DNA of 64,000 nucleotides from the human T2T-CHM13v2.0 reference genome, Homo sapiens (GCF_009914755.1 NC_060937.1); one strand, 5' to 3'; positions 44,757-60,815 are shown, counted from the stretch's first letter. Translations and numbers: made by a program. The notes: generated by a model not told the origin, from the sequence alone.

Positions 44757-46739
44757 ATCCCCCTGGCTCCACGTGTTTTGCAGGCTGTGCATTCACTTTT
44801 GCACCAATCTCTCAAGGCTTTTAAAAAATGTGCAGTCCTCACACAAGTCAAAAGTGCCGACTGTCAGCCAGCCATGGGGTCCCTGCCAAAGAGAGCTGCT
44901 CTCCAGGCCCACCCACAGCATCATCACAATTCCAACCTGAAGCAGCAACACATATGACACAGCCTCCACCCCATTCCGTTAGGAGCAGCTGTCATGTGGC
45001 TGGGGGCTGAGGTTTGTGTGTGGACTGGAAGGAGAGAGGTGGGGGCTCGCGGTCCTCAGAGCTGAACTCTCCCTCTCATTCGGCACCTTCACCCACAAGC
45101 CACCTTTGTCCTTCACAAAAGCCACCTGGGCTCTGCCTCAGACAGACAGCAGTTCACAGCATGCAGGCCAATCTCTTAGCTAACTTCACGGGAACGAGCA
45201 CTTACATTCTCCCTCCTCCAGGCCCAAGATTTCATAACCAGAAACTCCAGCATCCTCTCCTGGGCTGCACTGCAGTTGTTCAGGTAAAGAGAAAGCTCTT
45301 AAACCAATTGCTCAGAATCTTGCCTGGGGCTTAGGAAAGAGCCTGCATGAGCGAAGCAGCATCTTCATTTGCTGCAGAGCCCAGCCTGGGTTCACAGCAC
45401 CTCTGAGGCCAGAGAGGGCCTGGAGAACCTGAGATCCTAAACCCATCACGAGCCTTTCCTTGAAAAATCCTTGCATTTCGGCTTGGGAGGGAGGGACCTG
45501 ATCCACTGAGAAACCCGTACTCTAGGTCCTGAGCCAAGCAGCATCCAGACCTTGGGTTCCCAAGGGCAGGAAGACCAAGCTGTGAAGCCGAGCGGCCCTG
45601 GCACCGTGTCACTGTGGGAGCCGCCTCCCCTCTGTAAGATGCTGCTTCCCAGTCTGTAGGACGGCAACGTTGACGCCTCCCAGGAGGAGCCTTGTGAAAA
45701 GGATGTAGCCCGGGAGTATGGAGCCTGCACAGAGCCTGGCACGTGGCAGGGACCCACATACAGTGGCAATTACTGTAAGTGTTGGAAGCACGAGTTTCGG
45801 AGGCAGCCCGTCCTGTTACACACAGGCCACACCTGCTCTCCCACCACAAACCTCCAACTACTCTAATGCGCCGGAATAGAACTCAAATGAGGCTTGAATT
45901 CCTCTTCCACGTGACAACCTTCCAACACTCAAAAACTTCCTGGGACTGGGGCTCCAGTCCTCTCCATTCCACACCACAGAGTCCCCCATTTTCTCAGTCC
46001 TGCCTTTTGTCACACAGATTCCAGGGCCATTGCACCCTGATCCCTTCTCAGGTGGCTCAGCCATCAGCATCCTCTAAAGAGGCCAGAGGCTGGGCCCATC
46101 TCTCTTCCACATCTTTGCCGTCCACCCGTCCTTGGGTTCTGGCACCAAGAACATTGGGGTCTGCAAGGCTCATGCCAAAGCTCAGACTTCTAGTTGAGAC
46201 AGACAGAGGAACTGTTTCCTCGCAGCTTGGGCAGAGGACGCCACGGAAGCGCAAACGTGAATCAGCCTGTGCCTTCTGCGGGTGAAACCAGTCATCAGCC
46301 GGCCCCCTGCTCGACTCCAAACAGCAAAGGAAGAAATTCAATATGGCCAGGTCTCCCAGGTTGCTGAGCCCTTGGGTGGCAGATGGCGACTTTTATTCTC
46401 ACTCTTTACCACGGCCACCGCGAGTGCCCCCAGCCTTCCCTCCTCTCGCCGTGGCCTCCCCATTTATTAGAGACTTGTTTGCTAGGGGCCCAGCTGAGCC
46501 TCCCTCCTCCCTTTGTAACATGCCTGCTGGTGTAACCTCAGTGACAGGCACCCAAGGCCAGGAGACAATGTTTGTTTAGCAAAACTCACAGGGTACTTCC
46601 TCATTCTGGCCACTGTTCTGAGAACCTTGCCAGTGTTAACTGGCTGACTCCTAACAAAGCTCAGACAGGTGCCCCTTTCTTCCCTTATTACACAGGAGGA
46701 GCCTGATGCAAAAGGAGGTGACACAGCCACAGCCACAGC

Positions 46740-48120
<1,381 letters not shown>

Positions 48121-48954
48121 CCCAAAGGCCAGAGGACTCTCAAGAGACCAAGATGTCTCATCTTTGCGGTGGCCACTATTCTGTCTGTCACAGCCTGGCT
48201 TCAGGCTCCCACAGACGTGCATCCATTCCACATGCAAAATGCACTCACTCTCTCCAACACCCAGTCCCCAGAGACGCAGCTGGAGCTGGATGCCGGCACA
48301 GGGAAGTGGCGCAAGTCTGGGCTCCCCGCCGCCTTCCAAGCTGGCTCTTCAAGGGCCAGGTGCTGGGGATGCAAACGTGAGTCAGGTAATGCCCCTGCTC
48401 CCCCCCGCCTCCCGGCCGCCAGGCCACGGCCTTGAGAAGGGAAGGAAAACAAATGTGGAGAGCATTCTGTCTCCAGGGCTCTGGGGACCAGGTCTGTGCT
48501 GGGCACACCAGCCGCTTTCTCATCAGCCTGTCGTATTTTCTTCAGAGCAACGATCAGATGTGAAGCTGTACCATTCACTTCTTGCCTGCCTTTCCCCCTC
48601 CTCTGGAATCCAGGGCCTGCGGGGCAGCGGCCAGCCGGCCTGCTCACTGCTGTAGAACGAGGGCCCAAACAGTGCCCGGCACCGGGGAGCCTCAGTTTAT
48701 ATTTGCCAACAACAGGCAACACCACTTTAGGCTGTCCTGAGCAACCGGGCAACACAGAGGAGCACAGCAGTACGTTTTCTAGGGCTCTGCCTCCTCGCTG
48801 GGCAACCTCCTTTTGCTTCCTGGATGTACCCACCCATGCACAGCAACCACTCCACATCTGTGTGCCCAATTAGACAAGGGCTGGGAGTGGCAAGTGCCCC
48901 CTAAAAGGGCATAATGAGACAAGGTGAGTTGGAGTTGGATGAACCAAGGTCTAA

Positions 48955-49600
<646 letters not shown>

Positions 49601-50632
49601 CCATCTTTAACATGCAAATAATCACACCTCCCTCTGGAGGACTGTTGTGTCAATGGAATAGGGTAATGTACTTCTGCCCTGCCAACTCTCTTCCCCCTCT
49701 TCAGCTCCATCCACTGCCTGCCTTGCAGGCTACAAGCAGCCAGGCATTGGGTGTACACTGACCCCCATGCAATCGTTTTTACTATTAAACATCCTGTCGC
49801 CCTCTGCACACCTGCACCCCCACCCCAGCCCACCCTGCCTTGTGTGGCTAAAAGCAACTTTCAAAATGGTTCCTCCTCCGGCTGGTCCTTACCATTCTGC
49901 CTCGGTTATGACAATTACAACAAAAACAACTTGAAAAGCAATGTCTGTGGGGTGGAGAGAAAGTTTAGGAGCTCAGCAAAAGAAGGAAAAGAACAGGGTC
50001 CCCTAAATGTTAAATTCTGAATTTCCAACAATTATAGAAAAGGTATCTGTTCCTACCTCTCTTTTCCCTTCAAGTACCCGGTCAGGCCACAGGCCACCGA
50101 GGAGGCAGGCAAGGGTGCCCTGTGTCCCTGCCAACTCTGGGCAAGGGCCGCCTGAGTGTGTACACAGGAAGTCAGGAATGTGGAGAAGGGGCCTGGCCAC
50201 TCTCTGTTCTGAGGAGCTCTAGTAATTCACCCTTAGGATCTTTCGAACAAGCAGCAGCAGCCTCGGATGCCAGGAAATGAGCTGCTGCCCCCCAGTAACG
50301 CTTCAAGACATCTGGGGCGTCACATCAGCACAACTGCAAAATCTCTGGTGATCAGGATTCCGGCTGCATCACGTCCTTGGTGCTGAAGAAGCAAGAGGCC
50401 AGTGGAAACGAAACTGCTGCTTCATTCCCTCCGATGCAGGGGCCGTTCCAGCACTGCAGGGCAGCTCTTGTTCCAGAAACACACCGTGTGTTAAGAGTCT
50501 GCCTCCAACGGTGGCCACTACAGGGGTTTCGGTTAGGGTCCCCCAATAACACTCCTGCATTAACCTTGCTACTTGTAAACCAAGGGCAGCAGTAAATCCC
50601 AGCCAACCAGCAAAAGCAGCAGAGGGGCAAAG

Positions 50633-50712
50633 CTTTGTACAAAACCAAATTGGGTTCAATTTGACTTTGTACAGAAGCAAATTGGGTTCGTGAATTGGGT
50701 TCGATTTGACTT
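50633..50712. repeat. Short imperfect tandem duplication (~32-bp unit, aattgggttc x3)
   Basis: ctttgtacaaaaccaaattgggttcaatttga / ctttgtacagaagcaaattgggttc gtgaattgggttcgatttgac. Confidence 0.8.
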
Positions 50713-51649
50713 CTAGAGCGTGTGTTCCATCGTTACCAAATGCTCAGTGTGAGGGAGTCAGCTCAGTAAACCTCATCCTGCAGCCTGAGGCAGAAGACAG
50801 AGTTGGAGCAAAGATCAGGGAAATGCACCTCTTTACCTGGGGGACATTGTTTTCACAAGATGATTGCCAATAAATTAGTCACGATGTTAACTGGGATAAT
50901 AATAAAAAAGCATCAAAGAAGGCAAAAGGGAGGGGGAGAACTGGAAGTACCTCTGTGAGCTTCGTTAATTCAGTTTTAAAGAGAGAATTCATTATCATCT
51001 TGTTTATTCAGCATACTGATACACCCAAGATGGCAATTTAAGAATTCTGGACGGGGCCTTTGGGTATATGACTTTTTAAGATGCTAACATAAAAGAAGTC
51101 AGAACTTTCAGAGTTTCAGGCTTCTAAAAACTCACACTCATTGAAAATGTGTCACACTATTTCCAGTTTCTTCATTCACTTACAATATCTTATTCTTTTG
51201 TAAGGAGAAGGAAATATATTCCATTGCAATGCTACAATCACCAGTGTTATTTTCCAAAGTTAAACAGAAAGCCTGAATTGAGATCCTCTAAGTTGTACTT
51301 TTGAAAAGTCACAAATACTACACAATAAAAATAACTCATTACCTATCTTAAAAATGCTTCCACCGGAAGTCACTCCAACCCAAACCCATATGACGTATCT
51401 GAGCCAAGATCAAGCAGAAGATTAACTGTAAAAGGCAGATATGCTCCGGGCTAAGAGGTCCGGAGGCTCCAGTTTTATTTCCTCTCTCCTGACTAAACCC
51501 AACAGGGGGGAACACTCTGTGCCTCATTTTACTTTTTCTTAGAAAGGGGCTAATAACACCAGCTCTGCTCACCCCTCAAGTGAATCTCAAAGGATATCAT
51601 GTTCCTACGGGTACGTGAAAACTGAAAATACCTAACAAAGCAGCCACAG

Positions 51650-52800
51650 AGGAGCGTCTCTGGTTCCCAGGGCGGCAGAGCAGGAACGCGGGGCTCGGGA
51701 GCAAAGGCAGCTTAGGTACACAAGTGACCAGCGGGTTCTCTGCAACTTGGGTTGTCCCTGAGGTCACTGAGTGGCTGAGAGGCAGCGCTCAGCCCAACCA
51801 GCAAGGGAGGACGAGTGGGAAACCCCGAGAAGGAGGCATTTGCTGTCCGAGGCCGGGACCCTGTGCGCGGCCGGGTGCCCTGCTGGAAGCCCCGCGCCCC
51901 CCGTCCCCGGCGGAGCCCCAGGGCGGTGTGGCTCATGCGGCGCCGGCCTCACCTGCGGTGTCCCAGATGGAGATGTTGTAGGAGCGCCACTGCTTCAGGT
52001 AGAAGGCGCCGCCCACCGTGCTGACCGTGTCCGGGAAGCGCCGCTCCATATACCGCTGCAGCAGCGACGTCTTCCCCACGTTCATGTCCCCCAGGAGCAC
52101 GATCTTGCTGTCGGGCTTCCTCATCTTCCCGTAAGAACCCCCAGCGCCCCCGCGCCCTCTCCCCGAGGCTGGCCGGCTCGTGCGCCCTGGGCGCAGCTGG
52201 AGGAGCGGACCCCGGACTCGCCGGGACCCGGATTCTCGTGAACGCTCCGGGACCTTCGCCTCCGGACGCCCGGGAGCTCAAGAGAGGAAGCGCGTGTGCG
52301 CGCCCGGGAAGGAGCTGGGTGCAGAGCACGGAGCCCACGTCGGGGGCCCGGACCGCGGCGGCCTCGCCCCGCCCCCGCCCCCGCCCCCGCCCCCGGGCCC
52401 TTTCACCGCCGCGGCCCCGCCCTATCCTCCTCCGCCCACCGCCCCCGTCCCGCCCCTGCTGGACCTCGCCGTTTCGCAAGCATCCGAGTTCTCCAGCCGA
52501 GGCTCGGGACTGCTGCAGGGTGGAAAATGAAAGTTCTGAGAGCACCTTCCGCCCCTCCGCTTCTGCACAGCCGGGGCTGCGGTGCGAGGAGCTTGGCCGC
52601 GGGGCCCGAACGAGGCGAAGGGGCCGGGGCCCTTGGGGAACCCCCTTCTCTCTTCCACTCTCCCTTAGGTAAAACCCGTGTTCCTCTCACGCTCGACCCA
52701 GCGCCTTTCCAGCTGCGGTCGATTTGCTTCTCCGCGTGTAAGTACAGCCACCCTCAAGGTCATTGAAAAAGTTTGCTTTAAATGAGCGTCTGCGGAACTC
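51650..52800 (-). promoter_or_regulatory. RAB20: RAB20 CpG island / TATA-less GC-box promoter
   Basis: Very high GC and CpG density over exon 1; tandem GGGCGG boxes 52366-52455. Confidence 0.9.
51953..52124 (-). CDS. RAB20: Ras-related protein Rab-20, exon 1 coding part (172 nt)
   Basis: MRKPDSKIVLLGDMNVGKTS (P-loop)...WDTA-G; donor CAG|GTGAGG at 51953/51952; phase 1 matches exon 2. Confidence 0.98.
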
Positions 52801-52984
52801 GTCCTGAGGCTCTCACTGTTACAGATTAGAGATGGGGGCGCTTTCTAGTGGAGGATTTTGCTTTTGCTCTTCTACTTTTGCAAGAAGCTTTTTGTCCTGA
52901 AAAGTGGACAGTCATCTCCATTTATAGCTTGGAATGAAAATTTGACTATGGAAGTTGCAGTCGCTACTTGAGAAATATTTCCTC

Positions 52985-53255
52985 CTTCTTTTTTTTTTTT
53001 TTTTTTTATTTTTGACACGGAGTTTTGCTGTTGTTGCCCAAGCTGGAGAGCAGTGCGCGATCTCGGCTCACTGCAACCTCCGCCTTCCGGTTTCAAGCGA
53101 TTCTCCTGCCTCAGCCTCCCGAGTAGGCGGGATTACAGGTATGTGCCACCATGCCCGGCTAATTTTTGTATTTTTAGTAAACACGGGGTTTCACCATGTT
53201 GGCCAGGCTGGTCTCGAACTGCTGACCTCGTGATCCACCCGCTTCGGCCTCCCAG
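52985..53255 (-). mobile_element. Alu (AluS-type, 5' truncated)
   Basis: Antisense dimer. Confidence 0.93.
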
Positions 53256-53734
53256 GTCCTCCTTCCGTTTTAAAGGATAAACCTTGAAATGCTTTTAAAA
53301 TATGCAGCGTGTAGAATTTGGTTAGTTGGTTGGTTGGGGTTTTTTAGAGAAAATGAGAGGTAGAATGGACTCTAAGTTAAACCCTGGGGGACAGTGTCAC
53401 TCTGGCCGCTGGCCTGGCTGGGAAAGGCGATGAGACCCTGAGCAGGTTAAAACCCGTGTCCTGAAGGTGTCCTGTAAAGGGAAATAGGCCCGTTGCCTCC
53501 TTCGTAGGTGCCCTGAGACTCCGACAAGGCAGGAATGCCAAGGTATTTCGTACCTGCTCAGCCCTGGCATGTCAGGTTGCTGAGACCGAGCAGTGTGGGG
53601 CTGAGGTGGAAGCGGACCTTCTGGGGCGTGGAAAGCGCACCAGGAGACCCCGGCTCCTTCTCAGCCAGCACTGCCTCATCCTCAGAACAAATTTAAGTCA
53701 ATTCAGCATTTATTCAATGCCTGTTGCATGCAAG

Positions 53735-54165
53735 TGACAACCTAAATAACAGAGAGGATCTCTAAAAGAAAAAGATATTTATTTTGCAATAGAGCATTGC
53801 AGTAGAAATATGCATGCCATGGTAAACTTGTGCATATTCAGAGAGGCAAGGAAAGCAAAGGCTTTAAAAAAAATGAGGCGGATTGCACAATTGTTTGAAA
53901 ATAATTATCTGTGGCTACAAAGATCCATAACGAAGGCGATGCCAGTTCAAAGTAGGACAGCCAGTGGCTGGGCCATGTCCTTGCAGGACTAGTTTTTTGT
54001 GGGAGATTGCAGTGGCCTTTGTGCAAGGTTGCGGTTTTTCCAGAGAGTCCTTTTTGTTATCAGGCATGCACGCGCAAGAACCCTCTCTTCATGGCCTTCC
54101 CCGGCTCTATTTGTCAGGGTTTTCTTAACATTAGCGGCTCCATTTCGATTCTGACAATTTTCACA
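53735..54165 (-). mobile_element. ERV1-class solo LTR (MER31/MER67-like) inserted in an L2 tail
   Basis: TG...CA ends, 431 bp, 4-bp TSD CAAG (53731-34/54166-69); flanks rejoin into an L2 3' end. Confidence 0.65.
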
Positions 54166-54222
54166 CAAGCTACAGTGCCTGGCCTGGGACGACACAAACA
54201 TGAGTCAGGTTTGGTGCCTGTT

Positions 54223-54395
54223 GGCCAGGCGCAGTGGCACACACCTGTAATCCCACCACTCTGAGAGGCCGAGGCAGATGGATCCTTTGAGCCCAGGAGT
54301 TCAAGATTAGCCTGGCAACATAGGGAGACCCCCGTCTCTATGAAAATTACAGAAAAAATTTGCCATGCATGGTGGTGTGCACCTGTAGTCCTAGT
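54223..54395 (+). mobile_element. Partial Alu
   Basis: Left monomer + start of right monomer. Confidence 0.88.
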
Positions 54396-54599
54396 CCAAA
54401 GTTGCTTTGACTATTCTGGAACATTTACACTTCCATATGAATTCTGGAATCAATGTATCTAACCTCAGGAAACACATTAATGACATATATAGTTAAATTT
54501 AGGAAGAGTGGATATCTTTATAATATTAAAATGTCCCATTTATGAACATGGTATACCTCTCCATTTATTCAGCGGGTGTTCAAGGCTCACCTAGAATTT

Positions 54600-55345
54600 T
54601 TACACTTCTTTCTACTTTTTTACCATCAGGAAGTTTAATCACTTCCTGGAGCATGCTTTTTGATTCTCCAAATTTTACCCCCTGTCTGCTTCTCTCACCT
54701 GAGCTCTTTGTCCATTTCTTCATCCACCTACTAAGCCTTTCTACATGGATGTCTCAATATGGCAACCCACCACATCGTTCATCTGCCCTTCTGTAAATGC
54801 AGAGTCATTCATTCTTTCACCTTCTTTATAACCATATCCAATTCATCACCAAGCCCAATGGATTTTCCCTTCTAAATAAATCCCTCTAACATCTTCTCTC
54901 TCTTTTCCCACAGACGCCCACTTGTCTGGAACCTTCTTACACCTAAATAGTTAGAATCCACTCCTATTTGGTCTCCTTAACTCCAAGCTCCTGCCGTCCC
55001 AATCACTGTCAGACTAACCTTTCATAACCACTGCTTTCTCTACCCAGAGACCTGCCACGGCTCCCTACTTTCTATCTCCACAAGTCCAAATCCTGCCCCC
55101 CGCCACACACACACACACACACACTTACCACCCTTTTTACAGTAGCTCTCCCGCCTCCTTTACCTCCTGTTGCCCTGTGTGTGGCTTATTTACAGGTTTG
55201 ATGGTGCAGTTTCCTTCTCTAGGGTGTTAGCTCCATGGGGAAGCAGCTTCTTCTGTGTTGTTCACCACTGTGCCTGGTGAACACCTCTGCACCTAGCACA
55301 CAATGGGCACTGAAGAAGGCACTGAGTCGCAGAAGAATGAATGAA
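54600..55345 (+). mobile_element. L2 remnants, with (CA)n at ~55104-55123
   Basis: ttctacatggatgtctcaatatggca...; gcacctagcacacaatgggcact...gaatgaatgaat. Confidence 0.55.
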
Positions 55346-56454
55346 TTCCCCTCCCTGGTGAGGCCAGAAGCAACATCCTGTAAGCATATCATGACCAGCT
55401 ATTCTCCACTTCATTGCTCACTGAGTTTGCCCACTTGAAAAGCCCTCCAACCCCTCATCTGTGCAGGTTTGGAATTCTGTGCAGGACTCAGGGATTCCAT
55501 GAGGTGCAGCCCAGGCACACCCCCTTCTAATCCTCTCCCTCTGGGGAGACCTTTCCTGCTCCTTCATATGAGTTTCTACCACCCTGCTGGCCTCTTCGAT
55601 GCAGTTTAGCCCCTGACAATGACTAACGGACTCATTTGACTCTCATCATCTCTAGTAATTTAAAAATTCCCTAGGGTCAGGGAGCAGGTCCTAACCTCAT
55701 TCAACACCTCACCCAGTGCCTTGTCCCTTTCTCAGCACATTCTTCTACTCAGTAAATGTTTGAAGAAGCCTCATGAGGGCAGGAATCTTTGTGTTTTGTT
55801 TCTCTTATGTCTCCCAAGTACCTGGCCCTGGAAGGCAATTGATGCTCAATCAATACACATTTTAATAAATTCGCTAGTGAACTGAAACACCACCTGAAAC
55901 ACTGCTGCTTTTAGAGTTTGTGGAGGGAGGGACTGTTCCCTGCACCTACCCCAGTGACTGGCACCTGGAATTCACCGAGCAAGTTGGTTGAAAAAGTTAA
56001 AGGAATTTTCCAGCACTTTGAAAACTAAACCAAGAGAATGTCTCCATATCAAATTTCAGCCACTCCTTATAAAAATGTCTTAAAGGCTGTAAATCACCGT
56101 ATTCACCTGCAGGAAGCAGTGTTGAGGAAGGAGGTAGTATAGGGTTAAGGGTCTATTTAAACCAGCTGCTTAGTGCCAAGTTAGATGTTTATTCTGTCTA
56201 GTTTAAACCACTGGCTTAACAGGGTACTTAATTTTCCAGTTTCATCAAAGAAATGTGCTGTGAGGCCAAGAAAATTATGTAGTTCATTTTTTTAAAAGAG
56301 ATGCAAACTGAGAAATTCTGTGACCATTAACAGTCTCATTAAAGAAATAAGAAAATATGATTGTTTCTCTTAGATTTTGCAAAATGGCTAAGGAGCATTT
56401 TTAGACACTTTGTTGTAGAACAACTCTCTTTTAAGCTACTTTCCTCCTTTCTTA

Positions 56455-56775
<321 letters not shown>

Positions 56776-57297
56776 TTATTATGTACTCATTCAGCAGATA
56801 GGAGCAAAAGCGCCCATTCTACTCTTAAGTCCCAACCCAGAAATAGAGCAGTGAGGGAAACTGACAGCATCCTGGGCCTCAGCACCTGCTGGGAGAAAGA
56901 CAGCCAACAAAATACACAGCAACACACAGGATATAGCACCCTTGGTGTTGATTAAACGCTAGATGAAGAAAAGGGAGGAGGAGACGGGAGGAATGCAGGC
57001 TGAGGCGGTGGCAGGGGGCTCCATTTTAAACAGGATGTCGACAAAGATAGAATTTCAGCGAGTGCTAGAATGAGGTAAGGACTTACATCAACAATCTGCC
57101 CGCACCATTTCTTCTTAGATTTCAGAAACTGTTTTCGTTTGATTCAATACTGGTGCCTTCCTTCGGTTCATTTTCTGTTTATCATAAAAATTATCCTAGG
57201 TCTTCAAAACTAATTTAATGGAATTGTATAGAAATGGAAATAAAAGTGACTACAAGCTTCAAAAAGGTAGATTTTGGGTATAAAGACAATCTTATAT

Positions 57298-57601
<304 letters not shown>

Positions 57602-57614
57602 TGAATTTTATATT

Positions 57615-58332
<718 letters not shown>

Positions 58333-59239
58333 TATGTATATTTCACCCCCAAGAAAGGTTAAACCGAACTGACAACAGAGACATTCCTCTCTGTACCTCT
58401 ATTCAATAATGAGGCACAGCAAACTGTAGAACGCATGACAACCACAGATAAGGAAAGCACTCGCACGGTCCTGACGCCATTGCCCACCCTGACATTCGTT
58501 CATGGAGGTCGCCTGCACATTCCATCTTATTCAAAGGGGTGGTGGAATGGGGTGGGGGGAGAGCATCTGCTATTATCTCCGGTCGAGTGCTAGAGGCTTG
58601 AGCCCACATCTGGGGTCTGAGAGAGGATCCTGCACTAGGAACTGGGACTTGATAATGGCCTCGAGGACAGCTTGGAGTGTAGAAAATATTTTTGGGTTCA
58701 CTGACATTTTAACTATAATTTTATATAAGAACTTAAATCATCAAAATGGGGGATCCAGGACTCTGTCCTTTTTATGGGGCTGCTGGGCAAACTGACTCGC
58801 AGAGAGATGATGAGCCATAAACATCCACTCACAAGCGGGAGAAAGTCAATGGAGACCGTGTGGAAACCACTTCCCCTGCTTAAAAATCACCAAAGCCGTA
58901 ATGATGGACAGTGAGACAGCAGTGACCCTCAGTATTTCAATGGGACGTGAATAATGTTTAATTGTATGTTCATATATTGCTTAACAGTTTTAGAAAATCT
59001 GTTCTTCTGCAGCACTAGCCTGCTCTGCCCATCCCAAAAGTGAGTGGTGCCTGAAGGAATTCTGAGCCCCTCTGTGAGAGGAAGCGCGTCTGTCTTTTCT
59101 TTACAACCCCGGCACTGAGCACAGGGCTTGGAATACTATAAGAAATAAACACATCTTTTAAAAATAGTGAAAAACGGAGAGAACATAATCAAATGCCCAT
59201 GTTATTATTCACGGCACGAGTGTCTTAGAGAATACAGGT

Positions 59240-60205
59240 GTTTAGGGCTGAAGTGAGTCCCCCTGAGATTCATGCTGAATCTCTAACCCTCAGCACCACA
59301 GACTGAGCCTGAGCTTGAAGAGGGGGCCTTGAAAGGGTGATTAAGTTAAAATTAGGTCACTGGAGAGAGTCCTAATCTAATGTGACTGGTGTCTTTATAA
59401 GAAGTAATTAGGACACAGACACATGGACCAAGGGGCAGCCATGTGAGGCCTCACATGGGTGGGAAGGTGAACCCAGCCCGGCCGACACCTTGATCTTGGA
59501 CTTCCAGCCTCCAGAACGGTGAGAAAACAAACGTCTGTTGTTGAAGCTGATATAAGAGTTAAGAAGAAATCACTTAGGCAGATAGTAAGGGTGTGAGTGT
59601 CCTCAATAAGGCTTTTATTTTTCATGAAAAGCAGCCCCAGATCATTTTCTAACAAAGAGCATCCTGTAAAGTGGAGCTGCAGACATGGACAAGCAGGCTG
59701 GGAGCTTGCACGGGTGAATGCCAGCGGGAACTAGGGTCTAGAAACGTTCAAGATGGCGGCTGCATCTTCCCTTCTCTGCCAGCCACGTGTAATGTAAGGA
59801 GCAGAAAAAATGGCACCGATGGCCCATCAACTCGAAAGCCCATTTGCATAATAAGATTAGGGTGGGGTGACCAGCCTTCCTGGTATGCTATGTAAACGCC
59901 ATACGTGATCAAACCAATTTGTGAGTCCTATGTAAATCAGACACTGCCTCCTCAAACTGGACTATAAAACCGGGCGCATTCACCACCAGCCAGTCTTTTC
60001 CGATTGGAGACCCCTTTCTCTATGGAGAGAGCTGTTTCTCTTTCTCTTCTCTTCTGCCTATTAAACCTCCCCTCCTAAACTCCTCGTGTGCATCCGTGTC
60101 CTAAACTTTCCTGGTGCGCGACAACGAACCCCAGGGTATATACCGCAGACAACGTAGCTGCTTCAAAGCCACCAGGTCTGGGTGCTTTGTTGTGGCAGCT
60201 CAGGA
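59240..60205 (+). mobile_element. MLT1A-like LTR split by LTR9 insertion
   Basis: gactggtgtctttataagaag...cttgatcttggacttccagcctccagaac...ttgaagc|caccaggtctg...ttgttgtggcagc. Confidence 0.8.
59548..60165 (+). mobile_element. LTR9-family solo LTR
   Basis: TGATATAAGAGTTAAGAAGAAATCACTTAGGCAGATAG...GCTGCTTCA, 618 bp, TSD AAGC (59544-47/60166-69), TATAAAA 59963, ATTAAA 60060. Confidence 0.85.
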
Positions 60206-60533
60206 GGACTAGGGGGAAAAGAGGCCTCTGTTCTTGTTCCCAAGGAACAAGAATGGATGGAATGGCCATCCATTTGTGGGGAATCAAACATAAAGACCCA
60301 CATGCATCATGAGACAGATGTGTGGACAAGCCTCGAGACATAATAGGCATTGCGTGTGGTCCACACTGCCAAGGGCTGGAGTCAGGGAAAAGGGAGAGGG
60401 GGTGGACAACGTTCTCAGCACCCAGTTATGCTCAATAAATATCTGTAGCCTGAATGAGTCTGAAAACTTGAGCTGGAGTCAGTGAGGAATACAAAATCAA
60501 GAGATGTAAAGAGGAAGAAGTGTTCGAGCACCT

Positions 60534-60815
60534 TGGCTCACGCCTGTAATCCCAGTACTTGGGAAGGCCGAGGCTGGTGGATCATCTGATGTCAGGAGAT
60601 CAAGACCAGCCTGGCCAACATGGTGAAACCCTCTCTCTACTAAAAGTACAAAAATTAGCTGGGCATGGTTGTGGGTGCCTGTAGTCCCAGCTACTCAGGA
60701 GGCTGAGACAGGAGAATCGCTTGAACCAGGGAGGCGGAGACTGAGTAAGCTGAGATCGCGCTACTGCATTCCAGCCTGGGTGAGGCAGAGTTAGACTCCG
60801 TCTCAAAAAAAAAAG
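60534..60815 (+). mobile_element. Alu (AluS-type)
   Basis: Dimer + A-tail. Confidence 0.93.

Noticed and set aside
51933-52124. 63-aa ORF as a standalone mini-Rab
   Set aside because: It is RAB20 exon 1 read through the donor into the intron
52125-52277. In-frame open 5' extension of RAB20 with CTG (52194-96) and ACG (52179-81)
   Set aside because: Both near-cognate codons have C at -3, and stop-free stretches are expected in GC-rich DNA; needs ribosome-profiling evidence
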